NCBI GenBank assembly: GCA_964588165.1
Contig: CAZPMS010000001.1
Coordinates: forward strand, 164,722-228,721
Length of the DNA: 64,000 nucleotides
Reading direction: 5' to 3'
From: an uncultured Gammaproteobacteria bacterium
GTDB lineage: Bacteria; Patescibacteriota; Patescibacteriia; UBA1558; UBA10009
Shown here: positions 40,053 to 47,958 of the stretch, piece by piece
Position numbering within the stretch: position 1 is the stretch's first letter
How the letters are laid out: every line of letters begins with the position of its first letter
Translations under genes and position numbers: made by a program
Notes under the pieces: generated by a model
Database searches by the model: none
What the model was told of the DNA's origin: nothing
Seen by the model: the letters and a program-made list of their open reading frames with translations, nothing else

Positions 40053-40069
40053 AAAACCAAATTTTTAAC

Positions 40070-40162
40070 GACGTCATTCTGAGCTTTAGCGAAGAATCCC
40101 ATTAAACAGGCAACGTCGCTAAACAATGGGATCCTTCGGTTGTCCCTCCCTCAGGATGACAT
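40070..40162. repeat. Long imperfect palindrome, family GTCATTSYGAG...CTCRSAATGAC (copy 1)
   Basis: cgtcattctgagc...gaagaatcccatt | aatgggatccttcg...ctcaggatgac, with arms that are reverse complements of each other. Related copies at 43709-43795 and 46952-47075. Confidence 0.7.
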
Positions 40163-40192
40163 TGAAAAATTTGGGTTTCAAAAAATAAAAAT

Positions 40193-40714
40193 ATGAAAAA
40201 TTTCTCCCACATCGTGGCCCTAGACCAAAAACACGGTATTGGCATAAACAATAAAATGCCTTGGCTAATTAAAGCCGATTTTAAATTTTTTACAGATACT
40301 ACCACCGGTAATAATCCTGATAAAAATAATGTGGTTATAATGGGACGCAAAACCTGGGATTCAATTCCTAAACATCATCAGCCGTTATCAAACCGGCTAA
40401 ATGTTGTTTTATCCAGGCAAAAAAACCTGGATCTGCCTAAAGGTGTTTTGCATTATACTTCTTTTGACCAAGCTCTTGAAGAACTGGCCAAAAATGATAA
40501 TATTGGTGAAGTTTTTAATATCGGCGGCGGCAAACTTTATGCCGAAACCATTAACCATCCAAACTGCAACAAATTATATATCACAAAAATTGAACGGACT
40601 TTTAACTGTGATACATTTTATCCGCCTATACCAAGTAAGTTTAAAAAAGTTGAAGAAAGTAAAATTTTTGAAGAAAACAATATTAAATTTAAGTTTGTAG
40701 TTTATAAAAGGTAA
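40193..40714 (+). CDS. folA: Dihydrofolate reductase
   Basis: IVALDQKHGIGINNKMPW...VIMGRKTWDSIP matches the DHFR signature. Confidence 0.9.
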   Translation: MKNFSHIVALDQKHGIGINNKMPWLIKADFKFFTDTTTGNNPDKNNVVIMGRKTWDSIPKHHQPLSNRLNVVLSRQKNLDLPKGVLHYTSFDQALEELAKNDNIGEVFNIGGGKLYAETINHPNCNKLYITKIERTFNCDTFYPPIPSKFKKVEESKIFEENNIKFKFVVYKR

Positions 40715-40737
40715 GGTTAATATAAAATACTTGTTAA

Positions 40738-40768
40738 GCCGACGGTTTTACACCGTCGGTTCTTTTTT
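40738..40768 (+). terminator. Intrinsic terminator of folA (gccgacggtttt aca ccgtcgg + T6)
   Basis: 8-bp GC-rich stem followed by TTCTTTTTT. Confidence 0.7.
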
Positions 40769-40794
40769 ACAAAAATAAATTATAAAAAAGACAA

Positions 40795-41140
40795 GCCCGC
40801 AACTTTTCTTTGGATGACCAGGGGGTTATCCATTGAAGTTTGCGGGCTTTTTTGCTGCTTATAGGCGCTGTGTGTCACTTGTTATTAGAAGTAGCCTCCT
40901 CGTGAGGCACATGTGATGTCACACAGAACTTAATGAACCTGTTCGCAGCAACTGCAGCGCTTCCTGACTTTCTCAGCCCCGTAGAGTTCCTCTCCTAAGG
41001 AGAGGTTCTGATTGTCGGTGGAACTTTTGGCCATTGAGGCGGTACAGGCTTTTGCCTGTAAAAGTGTGGAAGCTGCTCGGAAATAAATAATTCCATAGAG
41101 ACGTATGATTCGTCTCTTAAATAAGCAATATAATGATCGG
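40795..41140 (-). ncRNA. Candidate ncRNA transcription unit A, minus strand, about 350 nt. It has a TTGACA-16-TATAGT promoter at 41148-41180 and a nested hairpin plus U-run terminator at 40790-40855.
   Basis: No ORF of 60 aa or more in any frame. GC well above background. Multiple local hairpins (cctctcc/ggagagg, acaggc/gcctgt, agagacg/cgtctct). Identity unknown; no tmRNA or RNase P signatures were seen by eye. Confidence 0.35.
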
Positions 41141-41196
41141 GGATATTTACTATAGCATACTTAAATTATTTGTCAACCCTTTATTTTAAGTAAAAA

Positions 41197-41770
41197 AAGA
41201 CCGCCGTTTTTCCTAAGAAAAACGGCGGCTTCGCGGGCTGGCTGGTATACCGTACTTTTGGCCACGTCGCCTCTAATGGGCGGCGAAATGCCTGTATCGG
41301 CTACCTGTTGTGTATCGGCTGTGTGCCGAATTTGCGATCTTTGCCGATCCGATTTCCGGAACTTTCGCCAGGATTGTGCTTTCCCTGGCGGATAGATCGC
41401 TGTAAACCAGCATCGCTGTTGTACTTGCCGTCACTGTTTTAACGGCTCCCTTTCTGGCCTAGTTCCACTAACGTTTTCGTCATTGTCATAAATGACAAAT
41501 CATTGATAACGCAGTGACTTCTGGCAATTTGCGGTTGAACGCCTACGCGTTTTTTTCATGGATTTAACCATGTGCCAACAGTGACAACTACCGGTGTTCA
41601 TCCGGTCAGAAGAGGATCAACGCCTTTTCTGAATGTTCCGGAACGATGATTGGAAAGCATAGCTCTCCCGTCTCGATTTCGCACTCCCTAAGGAGTGGTA
41701 CCCAAACGTCCTTCGCGGACTGGGATTTTCAAATAACAATATTGCAGTGTATCACAATATTAAAATATTG
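41197..41770 (-). ncRNA. Candidate ncRNA transcription unit B, minus strand, about 550 nt. It has a TTGACA-17-TACACT promoter at about 41765-41795 and a 12-bp-stem terminator (gccgccgttttt/aaaaacggcggc + U-run) at 41197-41240.
   Basis: ORF-free, GC-elevated and hairpin-dense (gtcc-gcgaa-ggac, cactcc-ttag-ggagtg, ccagg...cctgg, aacgc-gtag-gcgtt). Might alternatively be a structured 3' UTR of the kinase gene. Confidence 0.3.
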
Positions 41771-41831
41771 TCAAGGGCTAATTTATGAATAAATATTACT
41801 TTTGCCTAATATTAGCCAAATTTAATTAATT

Positions 41832-42392
41832 CTATTCTTTAATTTCAGCTAATATTTCTTCAACCTTTTTATATAAATCATCCAAAGATCCATCGTTATT
41901 AAAAATGAATTTTGCCTCGTTGGCCACCTCCTCAATAAGGCTTTCTGCCTCTGCTGACTCATTTTTTTGGAATTGTTCAAAAGTCAACTCATCCTTTCCC
42001 TCCCCGGGATTCTGGCCACGGCCCATTATACGTTCATATCTTAATTTTTGATCAGCCTCTACACTAATTAAATAAAAATTTTTCAGCTTCTTTAAAAATT
42101 CTATATCTTTCGGCCTTCTAACTCCATCCACGCAAACTATCTTAGCTTGGGAGTTCTCAGCGTCTTTGGCTAAAACTTTGGCTAAAACTTCCTGCCCCAA
42201 AGCTTCACGTAATCCTTGAGAAACCTGTTGAAGATTTTCTCTGGAATGTGGCAAATAAAATCTATCTAAAACATCTCTTAGGGGTTTAGAAAAACCAAAA
42301 ATCTCTGCCTGATAATTTTCTACCAAATATTTACAAAAGGTAGTTTTTCCAGAACCAATTTTACCAACAAAACCAAAAATTATTTTATTCAT
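41832..42392 (-). CDS. P-loop nucleoside-monophosphate kinase-like protein (dNMP kinase / dephospho-CoA-kinase fold)
   Basis: Walker A GKIGSGKTT; 186 aa; immediately downstream of dCMP deaminase with a 1-nt gap. Confidence 0.45.
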   Translation of the reverse strand: MNKIIFGFVGKIGSGKTTFCKYLVENYQAEIFGFSKPLRDVLDRFYLPHSRENLQQVSQGLREALGQEVLAKVLAKDAENSQAKIVCVDGVRRPKDIEFLKKLKNFYLISVEADQKLRYERIMGRGQNPGEGKDELTFEQFQKNESAEAESLIEEVANEAKFIFNNDGSLDDLYKKVEEILAEIKE

Positions 42393-42393
42393 A

Positions 42394-42909
42394 CTAATTA
42401 CTTTTTTCAGTTTTAACTGCCGAGCTAAAATTTTTCAAATCATAATCAATTATGGTTGGCGGCATAGGCAATTTATCTATTTTAACCCCAGCTTTGGAAT
42501 AAAATTCAGTAGCTTTGGTATCATGAAAATCTGTAAAAACTACTACTCTTATTATACCCGCCGCAATCAATGCCTTAGCGCAGGTTGTACAAGACATATT
42601 TGTAACATAGGCAGTAGCGCCTTCTATATTATCACCTTGGTTAGCAGCTTGGACCAAGGCGTTCATTTCCGCATGATTGGTTCTAATACAATGATTATTT
42701 TCCACCATACAGCCCACATCTTCGCAATGCTCCTCCCCTGGGATAGAACCATTGTAACCAGTGGCTAAAACATGGTTATTTTTAACAAAAACACAGCCAC
42801 AATGCATTCTAAGGCAAGTTGATCGTTCCGAAGCCAACATAGCTAATTTTAAAAAGTATTCATCCCAGTTAGGACGAGGTTGAGTTCTGCCTGATGGTAA
42901 TTGAGTCAT
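42394..42909 (-). CDS. Deoxycytidylate (dCMP) deaminase, ComEB-type
   Basis: HAEMNAL (H-A-E) and SCTTCAKAL (P-C-x-x-C) zinc-binding motifs of the CDA superfamily; 171 aa. Confidence 0.8.
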   Translation of the reverse strand: MTQLPSGRTQPRPNWDEYFLKLAMLASERSTCLRMHCGCVFVKNNHVLATGYNGSIPGEEHCEDVGCMVENNHCIRTNHAEMNALVQAANQGDNIEGATAYVTNMSCTTCAKALIAAGIIRVVVFTDFHDTKATEFYSKAGVKIDKLPMPPTIIDYDLKNFSSAVKTEKSN

Positions 42910-42972
42910 ATTTAAAAAAATTAATAATAAATATTTGCTATTTTAGCAAAAATAAAATTTTAAAACAACTTG

Positions 42973-43263
42973 TTAGTTAGCCGAAATTCTGGTTCCACCG
43001 CCTTTGCCGACTTTCCTTACGCCCGCCCTATAACTCATAGAACCAGAATCATAAGTTTGAGTGTCTCGGACTAATTTCCGCTGCCTGTTTCTCGCTGCTT
43101 CTTTTGGATAGGTTTTTTTAACATCAGCTTTACGAACCAATTCACTATTAACAACCTCCTCTGCCTCCTTTAACATTTGTCTATATTTTCTTACTGGCAT
43201 ATTGGCAGCAGCAGCCAGTTCCTGGATTGAAGGCTCCTCATTTTTTACAGTTTCGTATCCCAT
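42973..43263 (-). CDS. Hypothetical small basic protein, possibly helix-turn-helix
   Basis: 96 aa; the IQELAAAANMPVRKYRQMLKEAE region looks HTH-like; low confidence. Confidence 0.3.
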   Translation of the reverse strand: MGYETVKNEEPSIQELAAAANMPVRKYRQMLKEAEEVVNSELVRKADVKKTYPKEAARNRQRKLVRDTQTYDSGSMSYRAGVRKVGKGGGTRISAN

Positions 43264-43427
43264 ATTTTTTAAATTAATTATAGGCTTAGCTTAGCAAAAT
43301 TAATAATTTTAGACAAATCAAAAACCCATCATTTTTTTATAATGAAAATATTCATTTTAAAGTCTTGATCTATTTCCTAAAATATGCTATTATATGGCAT
43401 TAACGTAAATTCAAAAAGGAGGCAGAT

Positions 43428-43670
43428 GTGTATCCCCTTTCGGTTGTTGAGCACGTTTTTAAAATAGTAACCGCGCTTGATAATAGCCGAGAAGTGTACT
43501 GGGCCGTTATGACCTTATTCCAGGTTCAGGCCTTTTACCAACACGCGAAGTTTATCAAATTAGAAAAATCAAACAATCGGGGCTTTATTTCCTTTAAACA
43601 TACTTTTGAATTTAGAGGGAAAACAATCATTACCAGAACCCATTGCGGGTTAACAAAAATAAACCAGTGA
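43428..43670 (+). CDS. Hypothetical protein (GTG start)
   Basis: 80-aa ORF with an AAGGAGG Shine-Dalgarno 7 nt upstream of the GTG. Confidence 0.35.
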   Translation: MYPLSVVEHVFKIVTALDNSREVYWAVMTLFQVQAFYQHAKFIKLEKSNNRGFISFKHTFEFRGKTIITRTHCGLTKINQ

Positions 43671-43708
43671 GTAAGCTCGCTGGTTTTTCATTTAAAAAAT
43701 CTTACACT

Positions 43709-43795
43709 TTCGTCATTCCGAGCAAGGCCGAGGAATCCCGTAATTAATATCGTACATAAGTAATGGGATCCTTCGACTCCGCTCAGGATGACAAG
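43709..43795. repeat. Long imperfect palindrome, family GTCATTSYGAG (copy 2)
   Basis: cgtcattccgagc...gaggaatcccgt | aatgggatccttcg...ctcaggatgaca. The arms are conserved with copy 1 while the central loop differs. Confidence 0.7.
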
Positions 43796-43824
43796 TTGGG
43801 AGTAAGATTTTTTTATTTAGAGAA

Positions 43825-44505
43825 TTAAACTTGGACTTTTATTCCCGGGCCCATACTGGAGCTTAGAGTAACTGATTTAAGGTAAGTGCCTTTAAAGGTA
43901 TCTGGTTTAGCTTTTTTAATAACATCAATAAAAGCTGTAATATTTTCTTTAAGCTGTTCCTCTGTAAATGATGTTTTGCCAACCATAATATGGACGTTGG
44001 CCGAATCATCATTTTTAAAATCAACTTTGCCTTTTTTTATTTCCTCAATGGCTTTTTTAACATCTTTAGTAACTGTACCAACTTTAGGATTTGGCATTAA
44101 GCCTTTTTGACCCAAGGTTTTGGCAATTACCGCTAAATCTCTCATTATTTCCGGCATGGCTACAGCAACTTCAAAATCACATTTACCGTCTTTTTTAATT
44201 TTATCAATCAATTCTTTGCCGCCCACAATTTCTGCTCCGGCTTCTTTGGCCTCTTTTTCCTTCTCCGGTGTTACAAAAGCAGCTATCTTTTTTACTTTAC
44301 CGGTACCATGAGGCACGGTAACTGAAGCTCTGACCACTTGGTCGCCTTTTTTAGGGTCTATGCCTAATTTGATATGAACTTCAACCGAAGCATCAAATTT
44401 AGTGCCAGAAGTTTCTTTTACTAACTTTACAGCTTCATTAAGGCTATAAGTTTGATCTATGCCAATTTTTTCCTTAGCCTGTTTATATCTTTTTGATCTT
44501 TGCAT
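43825..44505 (-). CDS. rplA: 50S ribosomal protein L1. The ORF extends to 44562, but the likely start is the internal Met giving [15 protein letters not shown]...
   Basis: [12 protein letters not shown]...[16 protein letters not shown]...VPHGTGK matches L1. Confidence 0.9.
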   Translation of the reverse strand: MQRSKRYKQAKEKIGIDQTYSLNEAVKLVKETSGTKFDASVEVHIKLGIDPKKGDQVVRASVTVPHGTGKVKKIAAFVTPEKEKEAKEAGAEIVGGKELIDKIKKDGKCDFEVAVAMPEIMRDLAVIAKTLGQKGLMPNPKVGTVTKDVKKAIEEIKKGKVDFKNDDSANVHIMVGKTSFTEEQLKENITAFIDVIKKAKPDTFKGTYLKSVTLSSSMGPGIKVQV

Positions 44506-44577
44506 TTCTTTACACTTTCTTTTCGAGGTAATGATGCATGATTTATCATCACGCTCCCTCAATTAATTTATTAGTAA

Positions 44578-45012
44578 TTAAGCAATTTTATTATCTTCTT
44601 TTTTTCTATCTCTCTTAATTAGACTCCAGTGGATCCAATAAATTGGGAAGCCAACTAAAATCATAGCTACTGCCTGGGCTGCCTGGCGCTCTCGTTGAGC
44701 CCTTTTACGATCCATATTTTTTTCACTTTCTACAGTTTCCTGATAATCTGCTATCCAATTTTTAATCTTTTGTTTATCATCCTCTGTTAATTCATCACAT
44801 GTTTTTAAAGCCTCGGCTTGATCTAAATTATTAACTAAACGGACTGCCGTTGGCTTTTCTGCATAAAAATCTGTGTCTGCCTGGGTGAAAATAAAAACCT
44901 TAAGCCCAATGTTAATAAGTGATACAGCACCGATAATAAATACCACCAGGCCAATGCCTGTCATTAAATAAAGGTAAACCAGCCTGATCCAAGAATATTT
45001 TTTTGTCTCCAT
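44578..45012 (-). CDS. Hypothetical membrane protein inserted between rplK and rplA
   Basis: 144 aa, two TM segments flanking a charged central region. Confidence 0.4.
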   Translation of the reverse strand: METKKYSWIRLVYLYLMTGIGLVVFIIGAVSLINIGLKVFIFTQADTDFYAEKPTAVRLVNNLDQAEALKTCDELTEDDKQKIKNWIADYQETVESEKNMDRKRAQRERQAAQAVAMILVGFPIYWIHWSLIKRDRKKEDNKIA

Positions 45013-45092
45013 GCTTTTTTACTTTCTAGGATGCGAGAAGGTTAGTATGCCAGTTTCCTGACATTCTGACATTCTGACATTCTTAATTTTAT

Positions 45093-45515
45093 TTACTCAA
45101 CCACCAAGCCCATTTGCCTGGCCGTGCCTTCAATAATTTTCATAGCACCTTCTATATCGTTGGCGTTTAGATCTTCCATTTTCTTTTCGGCAATTTCCTT
45201 TACCTGGGTTTTGGTTACTTTACCTACTTTTTCGGTATTAGGCGTGCCCGAACCTTTTTTTAAACCAGCTGCCTTTTTTAAAAGTTCAGCTGCCGGCGGA
45301 GTTTTTAATTTAAAGTCGTATGATTTATCTTCATAAACAGAAATTTCTACAGGAATAATATCGCCGCCTTTATCTTTTGTGGCATCATTAAACTTAGTAC
45401 AGAATTCCTGGATGTTTAAACCATGCTGTCCTAAGGCAGGACCAACCGGAGGAGCCGGATTAGCAGCACCTGCTTTAATTTGTAGTTTAATTACAGTAGT
45501 TACTTTCTTTGCCAT
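45093..45515 (-). CDS. rplK: 50S ribosomal protein L11
   Basis: [30 protein letters not shown] matches the conserved L11 region. Confidence 0.95.
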   Translation of the reverse strand: MAKKVTTVIKLQIKAGAANPAPPVGPALGQHGLNIQEFCTKFNDATKDKGGDIIPVEISVYEDKSYDFKLKTPPAAELLKKAAGLKKGSGTPNTEKVGKVTKTQVKEIAEKKMEDLNANDIEGAMKIIEGTARQMGLVVE

Positions 45516-45548
45516 ATTATTTGATAATTAATAAATGATAATTGATAG

Positions 45549-46094
45549 TTATATTTTTTTAATCTGAAGTGAATCAAGCTCAACCGGTGTTTCACGGCCA
45601 AACATGGTAACCAATACTTTAATTTTACCTTTAGATTCATCAACTTCAGAAACTTTACCCTCAAAATCTTTAAAAGGTCCGTCAATAATTTTAACTGGCG
45701 AACCAACAGAAACATCCACTTTATAAGTTGGCTCTTCTACGCCCATTCTTCTTTGCAGTTCGGCTACTTCTTCTTCAGAAATAGGTGTTGGAGTTGTTCC
45801 AGAGCCTACAAAGCCTGTAACGTTAGGCGTGTTCCTTACTACATACCAAGAATCATCAGTTACAATCATATTAACTAAAACATAACCGGGAAAGATCTTT
45901 TCTCTAACTGTGCTCCTTTTTCCGTTCCTGATTTTAATTTTAGTTTCGGTTGGCACTAAAACATCAAAGATTTTATCTTCCATATCCATAGATTCAATAC
46001 GCTGTTTTAAATTTCTGGTTACATTTTCTTCATAGCCGGAATAAGTATGTAAAACATACCAGCGTTTTCCTTGTTGTAAAGTTTGCTTTGGCAT
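45549..46094 (-). CDS. nusG: Transcription termination/antitermination factor NusG
   Basis: WYVLHTYSGYEENV NGN domain and C-terminal KOW; 181 aa; secE-nusG-rplK order. Confidence 0.9.
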   Translation of the reverse strand: MPKQTLQQGKRWYVLHTYSGYEENVTRNLKQRIESMDMEDKIFDVLVPTETKIKIRNGKRSTVREKIFPGYVLVNMIVTDDSWYVVRNTPNVTGFVGSGTTPTPISEEEVAELQRRMGVEEPTYKVDVSVGSPVKIIDGPFKDFEGKVSEVDESKGKIKVLVTMFGRETPVELDSLQIKKI

Positions 46095-46164
46095 AATAAT
46101 TATTACTAAAAATTGAAAATTAATGATTAATTAACTAATTTATAAATCATTATTCATCATTAAA

Positions 46165-46350
46165 TTAGTATACGAAAATTTCTAAAATTTTATTTAGTAT
46201 ATAGTCTACCGCACCCAAAAAAGCGGCTACCGCAATAGAAATGCCGATAACCATAATGGTGTGATTTCTGGTCTGTTTTTTAGTTGGCCAGACAACTTTT
46301 TTAAGTTCTGCCCGGGAATCTTTAATGTAAGCTCCTAATTTTTTAATCAT
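46165..46350 (-). CDS. secE: Preprotein translocase subunit SecE
   Basis: 61 aa, single TM, KKVVWPTKKQ motif; directly upstream of nusG. Confidence 0.8.
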   Translation of the reverse strand: MIKKLGAYIKDSRAELKKVVWPTKKQTRNHTIMVIGISIAVAAFLGAVDYILNKILEIFVY

Positions 46351-46552
46351 ATTTTTAGTGTTACCCTGAACCTGGCAAAATCATAGTTTAGGGCTAATAT
46401 TAGCGATTTTTGAGATTTTTAAAAAGCCCTTTCTGGGCTGATGTAAGAAATATACCATATTAATTTAAATATGGCAATACTTTTCCACAGTTCCCTCTTG
46501 ACGATATTACTAGTTATGTTATTATTTAGATAGTTGTCTAAATATCTAAATA

Positions 46553-46656
46553 CTACAAATTACTAATCTATACAAATATACTAATAATTCCAATTCGTAT
46601 ATTTAGTAACTATTGGTAGATTAGTATATTAGTAATAATTCGTAATTAGTAATTGT
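46553..46656. repeat. TACTAAT/ATTCGTAT-rich intergenic element, copy 1 (immediately 5' of the ArsR-family gene)
   Basis: attactaatctatacaaatatactaataatt..aattcgtatatttagtaa...agtaataattcgtaattagtaat. Closely related to 49566-49640 and 56053-56132. Confidence 0.75.
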
Positions 46657-46947
46657 ATGACATTAAATAATACTTTTAAGGCTTTATCTGACCCTACCCG
46701 CAGGAAAATCTTGGAACTTCTGAAAAAAAAAGATATGTCGGCCGGCGCTATTGCCGAGCATTTTAAGATTACCCTACCCTCTTTAACCCACCATTTTAAT
46801 ATTTTAAAGCAGGCTGATTTAATTACCCAAGAAAGGCAGGGCCAACAAATAATCTATTCACTAAACTTAACTGTTTTAGATGAATTAATTGATAAATATT
46901 TTAATTTGTTTTCCGCCAAAGGCGGATCGGCCTCTGGTCGAAAATAA
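46657..46947 (+). CDS. ArsR/SmtB-family transcriptional regulator (SdpR-like)
   Basis: LSDPTRRKILELL...AIAEHFKITLPSLTHHFNILKQADL winged-HTH signature. Confidence 0.75.
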   Translation: MTLNNTFKALSDPTRRKILELLKKKDMSAGAIAEHFKITLPSLTHHFNILKQADLITQERQGQQIIYSLNLTVLDELIDKYFNLFSAKGGSASGRK

Positions 46948-46951
46948 TAAA

Positions 46952-47075
46952 AGCCTTGCCCCACTGTCATTGCGAGGAGCACTAGCGACGAAGCAATCTC
47001 ACACATTTCTAGCTAAAACAAATTAGATTGCCACACTCCTTTCAGTCGCTCGCAATGACCGCTAGGCAAGGCTTA
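46952..47075. repeat. Long imperfect palindrome related to the GTCATTSYGAG family (copy 3)
   Basis: gccttgcc..tgtcattgcgag... | ...ctcgcaatgacc..ggcaaggc; about 120 bp of dyad symmetry between the regulator and the SdpI-like gene. Confidence 0.6.
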
Positions 47076-47091
47076 CCTAACAACTAACTAT

Positions 47092-47739
47092 ATGAAATTC
47101 ACATTCAAAACCGAAATTATTCCCATTCTAATTATTTTAATTTCAATTGGACTGGGGTTCTATTTCTATTCTGCCTTCCCTGATACTGTCCCTGTTCATT
47201 GGGGCGTAAATGGTGAAGTTGATAGATGGGGATCTAAATTTGAAGGAGCCTGGCTAATGCCGATGATTGCAGTTGGCATGTATGTTTTATTTTTGGTGCT
47301 GCCACTGATTGACCCGAAAAAAGAAAAATACCAGCAATTTTTTAAAGTCTATTTGATGTTTAGGACGTTGATACTGTTGATGATGTTCGGCATCTACTTA
47401 ATAGCTTCCTTAAACACTTTAGGCTACAACGTTAGGGTAGAGGTTTGGATACCGGTAGCGATTGGACTTTTGTTTTTGATAATGGGCAACTACATGGGCA
47501 AACTTAAAGCCAATTGGTTTATGGGCATTAGAACTCCTTGGACCTTATCTTCTGATGAAGTTTGGAATAAAACCCATAGGCTTGGCGGCAAAATGTTTAT
47601 GATCCTTGGTGTGTTGTTGATGATCACTCCCCTTCTGCCTTACAGTAATATATTTTTGACTGTGGTAATGCCGGTTTTAATTGTAGGGCTGGTGCCGGTT
47701 GTTTATTCTTTTGTTCTCTATAAAAAAATTAAGAAATAA
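47092..47739 (+). CDS. SdpI/YhfL-family membrane protein (DUF1648 plus SdpI immunity-like domain)
   Basis: VPVHWGVNGEVDRWGSK matches the DUF1648 motif; 6 TM segments; paired with an ArsR-type regulator as in sdpR-sdpI. Confidence 0.6.
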   Translation: MKFTFKTEIIPILIILISIGLGFYFYSAFPDTVPVHWGVNGEVDRWGSKFEGAWLMPMIAVGMYVLFLVLPLIDPKKEKYQQFFKVYLMFRTLILLMMFGIYLIASLNTLGYNVRVEVWIPVAIGLLFLIMGNYMGKLKANWFMGIRTPWTLSSDEVWNKTHRLGGKMFMILGVLLMITPLLPYSNIFLTVVMPVLIVGLVPVVYSFVLYKKIKK

Positions 47740-47796
47740 AAAACCACCTCCATATTGATTGAAGGTGGAACATCTTGTCATAGAATGAGACATTTG

Positions 47797-47869
47797 CGGG
47801 GACAGAGGGACTTGAACCCCCGACTTCCTGCATTCCATGCAGGCGCTCTACCAGCTGAGCTATGGCCCC
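47797..47869 (-). tRNA. tRNA with anticodon GGA on a class-I (short variable arm) body; identity ambiguous
   Basis: Cloverleaf read by eye: acceptor GGGGCCA/UGUCCCC (one C-U mismatch), D arm GCUC-AGCUGGUA-GAGC, anticodon arm CCUGC-AUGGAAU-GCAGG, T arm GGGGG-UUCAAGU-CCCUC, discriminator G. The scaffold resembles tRNA-Ala(GGC) but lacks G3:U70. Confidence 0.55.
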
Positions 47870-47876
47870 TATTTTG

Positions 47877-47951
47877 AGCGAGAAACCGGACTCGAACCGG
47901 TGACAACCTCCTTTGGAAAGGGAGATGCTCTACCAACTGAGCTATTCTCGC
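47877..47951 (-). tRNA. tRNA-Gly-like gene with a predicted 9-nt anticodon loop (CUUUCCAAA)
   Basis: Near-identical scaffold to E. coli tRNA-Gly (GCGAGAA-UA-GCUC-AGUUGGUA-GAGC..., T arm ACCGG-UUCGAGU-CCGGU, U73). The anticodon stem UCUCC/GGAGG encloses 9 nt, and the gene is 75 nt from position 1 to the discriminator (position 73), two more than standard. Confidence 0.5.
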
Positions 47952-47958
47952 TATTTTG

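Noticed and set aside
40401-40700. 99-aa + strand ORF overlapping folA
   Set aside because: Alternative frame of folA; folA motifs are in the annotated frame.
40795-41770. tmRNA, RNase P RNA, SRP RNA, group II intron domain V as identities for the GC-rich noncoding block
   Set aside because: I searched by eye for GGUUCGAAUCC-type T-arm, the GGAAAGUCCGG P4 strand, GGUGCGGUAAGAGCGCACC, the SRP AGGAAGCAGC motif and AGCCGUAUG...GUACGG. None were present on either strand, so the class is left open.
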